Assembly: GCA_000091205.1 (NCBI GenBank)
Contig: AP006491.2
Length of the DNA stretch: 64,000 nt
Origin: Cyanidioschyzon merolae
Lineage: Eukaryota
Strand: one strand, 5' to 3'
Positions 1 through 9,730 of this stretch are shown piece after piece. A model generated the notes under the pieces. The model was not told the DNA's origin. It did no database searches and saw nothing but the letters and a program-made list of their open reading frames with translations. Positions within the stretch are counted from its first letter, which is position 1. Each line of letters starts with the position of its first letter. The translations under genes were made by a program, and so were the position numbers.

Positions 1-1544
1 TATTTCTTCAAATGGACGCACTGCGGAAGCGTCTGATATAAATCGCGAAAAACCAGTAGACGACATGTAGTAGGGGTGGAACCCAAACGAGGTAAGAGAC
101 TATAAAATGCGACACTGAACTGCTCGCTCTTTGGCTGCCTTGCGATTTTTCCGAGCTTTTCTTGAGATGCGGATCCAAAATTCCAATTGTAGCAATTAGG
201 ACCGAGGATATCGTGGGTATAATGGGCTTCTTTGTCGTCTTTTCAAAGTGACACCTTCGACTCTTTGCTTCTAAAATCCGTTATGCCACCGTCAGCAAGA
301 TGATTTACGATGCCTTCGAAAGCGAGTTCTTAAAATAACCGCGATCATTGTCCAATTCACACATACAAGCCTCCATTCTCTTCTCCTTTCTTTACGTCTA
401 GTATGCGCACATCGCGCATTCTGCAAGGTTAAAATCTTTCCGTTTCGAGACTGCTCGTAGGATTTGCAATTTGCGCTGCTGGGTGGACGAGAAGAAAACT
501 CGACGCAGTACCCTGAAGACTTTTTTGCAAGCTCCTGCCGTAAGTTCAAGGAACTGTTCACTTCAAACAATAGGTTCCGTTCGAATCGCCAATTTTCTTC
601 TGTTTGCGGCCACCGACCATACGATTCTCGACAACAGCATGATGGCTTAAACGAGATAAGCTCCCAGAGGCCCCGTCGATTTTGCTTGCATGGAAAAGGG
701 TCTTTGACACGAATTCCAGCCTTCGCAGCGATCGCTTTCGGTAGAAATTGCATCCGTGCTTTGCATGGAGTGTAAATGGATCGAGATTCCTCGAGTCGTT
801 CTCCAATCTACATCCCCCTCCGATGTGTGATTCAAGGCGAACAACATTGCGTTCAACAAATCTATCATCGGATAGAGAGGCATGTCCATGCGCGAGCAGC
901 AGGCCAAGAACTCGCCGGCTGTATAATCCCGAAGCAGCCCATGAGCGCAGAGTACGCCACGGGGCGCGCAAACGGAGGAAAGCATTGGTAAGATCCTTCT
1001 ATATCCGTCAAGGGCATTTCCTGACCGATAATGCAAATGCTCCCGCGCCGCAGGGCAGCCCGTGGTGCAGATGTGATGGGAAAATGGAAAAACCTGGTTA
1101 CAGCCGAGTGTCACCTCTGCGAAAGGCACACCGGAGCTGTACAAAAAGCAAATGAAAAAGGCGAACGAAGCGTGGATCGCAAATTGGAACTGTGAAAGGA
1201 TTGCGTTGATAGCAGCGGGAAGAGGCGAAATTGGGTCTATAACGCTGGTATGATCCCCTTTAGCTTACGGCCATGGAGCTGGTAGGACGTGAATGATCAG
1301 CGTAACTGAGGCCGGAGATTAGACAGATGAGAAGAAATCAGCTGTAGAAAACGCACTCTAAGGCTGGTGTTGGTGAACGTGGGAAGAAATCCAAAATTTG
1401 AGAGTAAACGTCCGTGTTATTTGAGTGGACCTGTTCAATTTTACTCTATGCTGGGTGTGTCTCTGATCTAAACAAGGGAGTGGCGCTTCCCCTGTTCCAA
1501 AGTCGAATAGTTGAACAATTGCTAACGGCTCGCTTGCTCTCACT

Positions 1545-2738
1545 TTATGTCGAGAGACCATTCCCTGACAGCCAGTGAACCAAGGTTGCGCGAACGCGCT
1601 TCCAAAACCCCGGTCGATTCACCTTTCGCGGACGCGTTTCGGGAACTCTCGAAAAGGTCAGATTGTATCTCGAGGCCTGATCTGCGAACGGTGGAATATG
1701 CAGTGAAGTATTGCGGTGCTCTGCGGACTCGTCAGCATCCGTGACACTTCCATTGACGCCCAACCATTTTGCTGCCTGGAAGCTGTAAAACAACTGCTTG
1801 GCCGCATCGCGCACGTTTGGCTCTGAGCTGTGCTGTAGCTCTCCATAAAGCTTCCGTGCGTCTTCACACGAGCCGAGCGCGTCCTGACAGAGAGCAACTT
1901 GCAGCAAAACACGAGACCCCAGCTCGCCGCGGACTCTTGCAAGTGGCCTCACTGCAGTTAGTTGCTCCAGCGCGGATTCGTACTTCCCGGCCTGAAGCAT
2001 TCGCTCAGCTGACTCCAGAGCAGCGGATAACGCGCTCCTCTCTTCTTCAGTTTCCGCATTTTCGTTTCGTTTCATGCGATACCGTTCTAAAAGCACCCGG
2101 AGTCTCTGTTCTCGTTTTTGGGCGGCATCATCTGGGACAGATACTCCACCAATAGGGATCGATCGGCCACCACCGAATGTTTGTGAAACATCAAGAGGTC
2201 GGGGGAAAACGCCCCAGGTAGAGACCCTGGGCTTGTATACCGAGTCAGGCGGTGCTGCGCGCTCTAGCTTCTCGGGTTCCATGTTGTTCTCAGAACACAT
2301 AGCTGGCCCCGATAGAAACAATTTCATTCGGATAGGAACTCGCTTTGGGTTACCTCGCGCTGCGCCTTTGCAAATTTTCGGGCTAATGATCGATAAAAAC
2401 ACTAAGCAAGGCTGTCGGCAGCAGACCCTTCTCGGAGCAAGCCTCGGGTCCTCGTGCTCTAGCGGGAGTTCGTACAGACCTCCTCGGTCACAAGAGCTCG
2501 CGTGATTGAACGAAAATCTGAGGCGCATGAGACGTTCAAACAGTAGCTTATTCGTCACCGTCTTCGCCGATAGATAGGTGACCCTGAAAAACGAACAGCG
2601 GCAACGTGGCCTCGCCTCGGAGAGAAGTGCGCTGCACAGAATACTTTGCACGCTCGCTTCGAAAAACTGTCGTTCCAGCTGCTCTTGTTTGAGGTTGCTT
2701 TCGGAACCCCACTTTATTGCAAGTTCAGTACCTTCCAA
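1545..2738 (-). CDS. hypothetical protein with C-terminal TPR-like helical repeats (ORF 397 aa; true start uncertain)
   Basis: Long ORF. The C-terminal half has helical repeat character (ALEQL, LLQVALCQDALGS, KLYGEL, AAKQLFYSFQAA). No strong family match. Confidence 0.3.
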   Translation of the reverse strand: MEGTELAIKWGSESNLKQEQLERQFFEASVQSILCSALLSEARPRCRCSFFRVTYLSAKTVTNKLLFERLMRLRFSFNHASSCDRGGLYELPLEHEDPRLAPRRVCCRQPCLVFLSIISPKICKGAARGNPKRVPIRMKLFLSGPAMCSENNMEPEKLERAAPPDSVYKPRVSTWGVFPRPLDVSQTFGGGRSIPIGGVSVPDDAAQKREQRLRVLLERYRMKRNENAETEEERSALSAALESAERMLQAGKYESALEQLTAVRPLARVRGELGSRVLLQVALCQDALGSCEDARKLYGELQHSSEPNVRDAAKQLFYSFQAAKWLGVNGSVTDADESAEHRNTSLHIPPFADQASRYNLTFSRVPETRPRKVNRPGFWKRVRATLVHWLSGNGLST

Positions 2739-5700
2739 AACGTTCCGCTCTCTGGGTCTGTGGAAAGCACCAGCGTGCAGGTGACCGTGCTCCAGTGATC
2801 AGACGCCACTGGGGATCAAAATGTTTCACCAGTCATGAACCAAGTTGGCGCATGCGACTTTCTCAGATGACAGAACGTTTAGATTGACCATAGCTCCCAG
2901 AATTCGGAATGGATAATAGCTTTCGGGAGAGGGTCCATGATGAAGCGCCTATCTTAGAGTTCCATTACCCATACTTGCTCTCGGATATACTGGTCGTTTC
3001 GTATGCTCGATCGTGCGACAAGTGCCTGCCGTGAACACCCGCCGTGGCGCTTATACCACTGAAGCAGATGCTGCACGGAGACAGAACGGCTTTGCCATAC
3101 CACTGAGGGCGCCCGCTCGAAGAATGATTCATTCAACATAGGGTCGGAATACATAATAATAATCCTGGGAGCCTGTAAGCTGCGCAGACAGATGCGCTGC
3201 CTGCGACAGCGCGAAGCGATACACTAAGAGTCCACTGCGACCAGGGTGACGCCCAGACGCAGCATCCTGCTCCTAGTCCCAAAGTGAATTCCGTTGCGGA
3301 CGAGCTGCGCAGGTCTCGCCACAGCACCTGCCACTGGTGGAAGCGTGAAGCACTAGGCCTGCAGACTCGTCCGGCTCGCGGGACCTTCTGCCTAGAGGGT
3401 AAACTTTCGAAGATACTGAAACTTTTCCCCATTTCGACGCTTATTATCAATGTCGAAAGAAACTGTTATCGAGTTGCTAGTCAGTGGTTAGTTTCTGTTA
3501 TTTCTTCCCTAGGAGAGTACTTGCTGCTCACGGGACGGGCACAACTGGAGGGCCCACCAGTCCGAGGACTGGCCTTTGCTGCCGCTATCTCTATTCAAAG
3601 CCCTGCCGAGTGCTCTCTCATTTTCTCTCTCTACAACCTCCTGTCCGCGCCCTTGGCCAAACCTGTGAAAAGATATCGCTCGCGTCACTCGTGTTCATAT
3701 GTAGGGTACATTGGCGCATGCGATACCCAATGAAATCGGCGTCGTCATCTAACGGATTGGTTGCTAGACTTTGCGCGGCTGTTGGAGAAGTTATTGTATG
3801 GCCTGGCACCAAAGCATATCAGAGTTTGCGCGAACTTCCCGGTTTGGCTTGACAGGGGTGCCAGCTGTGGAAAATCCATCTGATGAACCATACGCCTTCC
3901 GATACTTCGTGCTACAGTTCAGAATTCGGTGTTCAGTTCGCGATGACGAGTGGCTAGGCGTTTGGGGCTCGCTTCCTCTGCTGCACGATTGTTTCAACGC
4001 ACCACTTCCGATGAAAAAACTACGTCGCTCAAGGGGCCAGATCGAGTGGGCTTTGCGTGTGCGTTTTCCAAAGCATCTTTATGACGGTTGCGAGTTTACG
4101 TATATATACTGCCTGTTACGGAAAGTTTCTGCGGATAGCCAGTATGAATCTTCCTACGAAGTCGTTGGCTGCGAGCCCTGTCCGTTACGCAAAAGTATTC
4201 TGAGCAGCGAAATCTTGCCATACGGTTTCTACGAACATGACGATCGCTGGGGTCATAATGACGGGAAGGTATATCCAAGGCAGGATCGCCTGGGTGTACT
4301 TGTATACAAGCATCTTTCGCGAGACGCCGCTCCATGCCGCATATCATAGGCAAGAGACAAAGTGACAGCTTGAACGCGCACGTCACACTTGTCTGCAGCA
4401 CTTTGACGTTTATGAGAAAGCGCTCAAGGTGTAGTCGAAAATTCCATCTCACGTGGCCCAAATGCACAGCGACACAGCACTTCATAGAGCGCGCTCCACC
4501 GGCAAACACGAACGGCGGCAGGCATCAATCGTGACCCTGTGCCCGAGCGGAATTTCCTCTGTTCTTACGACTTACAGTTGTTCCGCTCGGTGCAAATATT
4601 TCCTACTCAGCTTTAGTTGATAATGAGGCCGAGATCCCCAATATCTGGAATATTGGAATGAGAAGCATGAAGTCGTTTCGTGGTGGCGTCGATTAGCAGC
4701 AGTCTACCTAGAGAAATCGCCTATCCGCTCTTTTGCCCCCGGCTTCTTGTTGTATTTGGAGCTGTAATTTCTGGAATCATTGTACCAGAGCACCTTTTTG
4801 GTTTTGGTCTGTTTTCGTCGCAGTTATGGAACGAAAGCAATGTGTTCTGTAGATTCGAGAGAGGTCCCGGAAGTATGCTATACTGTCACTGTTAACTTGA
4901 GAAAGAATGGCCTTGGCCCTAGAGCTCACTTCTTCCACGGTAAGCAGGTTGATCAACCAAACATGTAGCAGTCCTTATTCTTAACGTCTCGCAATCTAGA
5001 CAGAATTTATGAATCTCCATTCACGCGAACGTCTTTTGATCAATTCATTCTGCACCATAAGCTCCGTGGGAAATTCTATCCAAGAATCCACGCGATTTTA
5101 AGCTTCCTTACCCCTGATACGAACGATAATGAAGAAACACGGATGGACAAGGAAAAAACACATTCTCGTGCGAGACCGTCGCATCTTGAACAACAGACTA
5201 CCGATTCCATACAGAAACGCGAAAGCTCATTACAGGAGTGAAGGGCGATCGCCTCACTCGATGCAGACTCATTAGGAAGAAATGGTAGACCTCTAGATGG
5301 ATAATTAAAGAGGGAGTAAACCATTTTTCATGAAGAAGAGACAAGCGAGAATGAGGACAATATTAGTCGTATCGGCAATTCGATCCTGTGGTCGCCTATA
5401 TGTCACTTAGATGACAGGGCCTGTCAACACCTTATCCATCATCGAAAGCGTCTGAAAGCTTTTCTTTTCAGTATTTCTCTTTAAAACTTGTCGAGAAAAC
5501 AGTTGCCATGACTCCAACGCGTTTAGAACATACGCAGCTGAGATTGGCGTGAAGCCGCTCCACGTGCCCACCTACTTTCACTGGTTCAGCCGAGTCGGGG
5601 GCGCACTCTCTGTGGTCAGACGCCATGATCACGCTCATGGATTCATGAAAGTGTCTTTTGTGTCCATTACACCGTTTTGTGACGAGCCTATTTTCTACAA

Positions 5701-5839
5701 GATGCTCTCTACCTTCACCAGGGTTGAGTTGCAGTGTTGGTCTTCTGCTTGGGCACGGGAGGGAGCCAAAAGGCGAGCCGGACTCGTTGGCGTGCTCGAG
5801 ACGGATAAGGTGACGGAAAATGTTCGTAGAAGTAGTAAA

Positions 5840-7235
5840 TGTACACATAGAAAACGCAAGTCTCAGAGCCATCGTAAACCCAGTGCATCTGAATACCGAG
5901 GAAAAACTGATATGGAGTATAGCGATCACATCTATACCACTTTTCGAAGAAGGGGAGAAATAGAAGAGAACACCAGACAAAGAAGAAAGCTCCATCCTGT
6001 GGGAGGACGAGGAGAGACAGGAAATCATAACACGTCGAAGCGGAAACATCAGTCTGAAACTTTTGACAAAGCCTCCCAGCTAAAACTCATGAGCGGCGAG
6101 AACCTTTGGTAATGTGGGATGCAGAACTCCATTGGGGAACGCGCTGACTGTCACTCCATGTGGGGGCGCTTAGCTTCCCTCGCCCTGGTGCATCTCGCCA
6201 AACGACTGATCGCAACAGTTTCATTCGCAGGGATCCAAGCTGTCAACATTCCTCTGTAACTTCTCGATCAAGCATGCATCTGAAACCTGATGCTCGGGAT
6301 AGACGATGCAATACGACCTGACTTTTTCCATGGCTCTGTATTATCTGGAGTCGGGCGTGATGGACGCCAGGCGGCATGCCAGCGGGTGGAATAGCGGCGT
6401 CAGACCCGATGATAGCGCTCTGAGCACCTGAACGAGTTGAGCGGGATGCGTTGTGCGCGCCACTCACAGAGCGTACAAGAGCGTGTATCTGGCTCACGTG
6501 GGCTATCCCTGGCAGGTTTCCATGAGACCGCATTGAGATCGCCAACCAGCTCGGTGCGATGAAACCACGAGCGCGCACCAGCTCACTTCTTCAATGGAGA
6601 GCAGAGGGAGATGATCGACAATTCGCGTCGTTTGGCGGTAGCCTGTGGCGCTCGACGCGCAGTGCTGCGCACAGGCTGTACTCCCGTGCCTTCGACGGCG
6701 GCGTGCAACGAGTGCACGAGTCGATTCTGCACTATTGCTGTCAATGCGAACAGGGCGATGGACGCGCATCACAGGCAGGGGTGCACGCTGGAGCTGGTAG
6801 AGAGGAACAGCGTAGAAGCGTGTCGGATGCACGGGCTGGTCAACGGCAAACTGACCGGGCGTCAGTTGACGAGGCCATCGAAGATAGGAGACTTGCTATG
6901 CCGCGGCTCGATCCGCAACAAGTGCACATGCACTTGCTGCACCCAGACCTGAGCGCCTCGATCAACTTACGGAAATGCCGGGAGCGTTCGGAGCGTCCCG
7001 CGGCATTGTGTCGAGCGAACTCTTGAGGGAATCCTTTAGTGCTCAGTGGAGGTATTGTGCTGGGAAGCTGATGCGTTGCGATGAATACGAATCGGTGGTC
7101 AGGTGGGCGGACATTGGATATCCGCCCTGGGCGAGTCGCTGGTGTAGCACGGGTCAGCGAACCGGAAAGGCTGGAGCATTACACAGATGTATATAATGGG
7201 AACCTTTTCTCCTGGGTGATTGGTGGACCACAATG
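5840..7235 (+). repeat. Family-A repeat, partial copy A1. 6321-7235 is nearly identical to the outer-end 0.9 kb of A2/A3; 5840-6320 is a more diverged (about 75%) continuation.
   Basis: ORFs 6559..7026 and 6975..7196 are near-identical to 39872..40339/40288..40509 and to 32245..32712/32075..32296. The segment around 5845-5950 (HRKRKSQSHRKPSASE) is a diverged homolog of 39220-39320. Confidence 0.85.
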
Positions 7236-7528
7236 AAGCTGGATAATCCCATATTACCGCGTATCCGTATTCCGACGCTCCCATGACTTTACGTGCATCG
7301 CATATGAACTCTACAGCCACGTCGCGCTGCACTGTCGCAGGGCCTGGGCCCGTACGCGTTCCGCCATCCCAGCTATGATCGCATAACCGATGCGGGCCGC
7401 TCATCGTTTCGCGTTCTGGGCACGCGGTCACCGCGATTCGCGGTAACATTACAGACCAGCTTTTTAACATTTTTTGTCTCGGTGACTTCGCGAACGGTGC
7501 TCACGACGCGAGTTACTTTACATAGGAC

Positions 7529-7795
7529 ATGAGTAGCGCGGATACACCCGAGAGGGTGCAAGCGTTCAAAGCTTACCTCGAAGAACAGGGCGTGAACGCT
7601 TTTCTGGTCGAGGCGATCAGCGATCTGTACGCTTCGCAACCACGACCGACGAACGCGCTGCAGTTTCTCGAGCAACGATTGAGTGAAACGCTTAAAAAGC
7701 GGAAAGATCCTTCGAAAGTCGCAGCTCCAGAAGCAAGCAAGACGGACGAAGGGATAGGTCCCGAAACTACAGGGAAGGAGACGGAAAATTATTAG
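7529..7795 (+). CDS. small RIIa/Dpy-30-like dimerisation-docking domain protein (88 aa)
   Basis: VQAFKAYLEEQGVNAFLVEAISDLYASQPRPTNALQFLEQRL matches the RIIa/Dpy-30 four-helix pattern. Lies in a clean intergenic context. The overlapping minus-strand ORF 7373..8026 is judged spurious. Confidence 0.5.
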   Translation: MSSADTPERVQAFKAYLEEQGVNAFLVEAISDLYASQPRPTNALQFLEQRLSETLKKRKDPSKVAAPEASKTDEGIGPETTGKETENY

Positions 7796-8201
7796 CGGAA
7801 GGAACAAGAGTGCTGGGGACAACGCCGAGAACTGCGCACGTTGAGTTCTCAAAGAACTCCACTGGTTGATAGCGCCTTCCTTGCAGAACGCTTCTACCGG
7901 CTGGCAGTTCCCAAGCTTGCTGTACGACGTCAGACGAGATGCGCAAGTGACTAGTATCCATGCGGATAACTTGGACAATGTAAACGACGTCTCGCAGCGC
8001 CGCGCCAATGGCTGGCGCCTTTCCAAGAATGCAGCTGTTCAGGAAAGTCTTTACTCCTCGGAAAACGCTCAGATTTGGGATACTAGAATCTCTGCTTCCT
8101 GCAAGAGGGTGTATGTTGGAATCGTCTCAATTTGCCTCGAGTTCTAGTCCAGGCTCAAGGTGATCGTGCCCCTTTTAAATATGGTGGGAATTCTACAGAT
8201 T

Positions 8202-9479
8202 TCAGTTATATACCATGTAGCGCCCTGTCGCGCTGAACTTGGCGTAACCGCGGATGACCTTATTGATCGCATCCAGAAAGTCCTGCTCACAGACAGTCTT
8301 CCTCCGAGCTCGAATGGCGAACATTCCCGCCTCGGTGCAGACACTGCGAAGATCCGCGCCGGTCGTGTTTGGGCACAGACGCGCCAAAAGTTCAAACCGG
8401 ATGCCTCGTTCACAATTCATGCTGCGTGAGTGAATGCGTAGTATCGAGGTTCTGCCTTCTAGGTCGGGCAAACTGAACTCAATCTTTCGATCGAGCCGTC
8501 CAGGACGTAAAAGTGCTGGGTCCAGCGTGTCGGGTCGGTTTGTAGCCATAAGAACCTTGATATTTCCCCGTGCATCGAATCCATCGAGCTGGTTAACAAT
8601 CTCAAGCATTGTTCTTTGTACTTCGTTATCACCTCCTTGCCCATCATCGTATCGCGCTCCACCAATCGCGTCCACTTCGTCAAAGAATACAATTGCAGCC
8701 CTTTTTGAGCGCGCCAACTGAAACAATTCACGCACCATGCGGGCGCCTTCTCCGACATACTTTTGCACAAGTTCAGATCCTATCACTCGAATGAACGTCG
8801 CATCGGTCCTGTTCGCAACTGCACGAGCAAGGAGAGTTTTTCCAGTACCAGGAGGGCCGTACAACAAGACTCCTTTCGGCGGATCGATGCCAAGTTCAAT
8901 GAACCTTTCCGGATGCAGAAGAGGTAATTCGACAACTTCCCGAATCCGTTCAATCTGCTCTTTGACACCGCCAATATCTGCATAAGTCACGTCAGGTTTC
9001 TCTTCCACGGTCATCATTGTAACGCTGGGATCAATACGTGGCGGCAGAGGAAGCTGGATTTGGAACTTGTTACGGTCGACGCCAACACGCATTCCCTCCT
9101 CAATGTCCGTGGGCGCAACGCGCTCCCCGAGACCCACAACGTACTTTGCAATCTGGCGGATGTTAATGACGTACTTTGCTCGCTCAGCTCCTTCATCGAT
9201 GATTTTGGTGCAACGCGCCACTTGTAGGGGCTGCTCTTCTTGCATAGCCTGTTTATCGGCAACGAGATCCCACGAACTCGGGGCTGCTAGACCCGTGTCA
9301 AGCTCGCGAACGCCCACAAGCTCGTCAATATTTTTCGTACACTCCTCTATCTCTTTCTCCAACTGCTTGATTCTGTTGCTGTAAGGGCCGAGACCGTAAG
9401 ACCGGAGCAGTTGTATATCTCCAGCATCAAGAGGTTTCGTGCTCTTACTTCCAGTACCCGTCTCAGAGTCCCCTGCCAT
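8202..9479 (-). CDS. RPT1: 26S proteasome regulatory ATPase subunit RPT1/PSMC2 (426 aa from Met MAGDSETG; ORF extends to 9551)
   Basis: N-terminus [18 protein letters not shown]...[31 protein letters not shown] aligns with PSMC2. Walker A GPPGTGKT, Walker [12 protein letters not shown] and the AAA SRH motif are present. Confidence 0.92.
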   Translation of the reverse strand: MAGDSETGTGSKSTKPLDAGDIQLLRSYGLGPYSNRIKQLEKEIEECTKNIDELVGVRELDTGLAAPSSWDLVADKQAMQEEQPLQVARCTKIIDEGAERAKYVINIRQIAKYVVGLGERVAPTDIEEGMRVGVDRNKFQIQLPLPPRIDPSVTMMTVEEKPDVTYADIGGVKEQIERIREVVELPLLHPERFIELGIDPPKGVLLYGPPGTGKTLLARAVANRTDATFIRVIGSELVQKYVGEGARMVRELFQLARSKRAAIVFFDEVDAIGGARYDDGQGGDNEVQRTMLEIVNQLDGFDARGNIKVLMATNRPDTLDPALLRPGRLDRKIEFSLPDLEGRTSILRIHSRSMNCERGIRFELLARLCPNTTGADLRSVCTEAGMFAIRARRKTVCEQDFLDAINKVIRGYAKFSATGRYMVYN

Positions 9480-9730
9480 GATTAAGAAAGGTTGCCGCTG
9501 CAGGGCGTTCAACTCGCTAACAAATTGAGAGAAGACAATATTGTACGCCACGGGAATACAAAGAGAAGTGCGCCAGTGTCCGCCCTAAACTAATAGCGCC
9601 TCAGCGGTACTTCCCCGTGCTGAAAAGAACTCAAAGAATTCAACAGTCGGACCTATAGCTAAGATTCAGCGGCGCGCACACGCCATCAGAGCCACCGTAC
9701 GCCGCGTGCACCCATGTTGCCATAACACGG

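Noticed and set aside
571-600. tRNA T-arm-like strings (GTTCGAATC at about 580; CTTCGAATGCCGAAG hairpin at about 10705)
   Set aside because: The flanking sequence does not complete an acceptor or T-stem cloverleaf. The second is an internal hairpin of repeat B. No tRNA could be supported.
7373-8026. 217-aa minus-strand ORF overlapping the small RIIa/Dpy-30-like gene
   Set aside because: No recognisable domain, and it spans the repeat A1 flank. The plus-strand 88-aa ORF has a clear domain signature, so the minus ORF is more likely spurious. Confidence in this choice is moderate.
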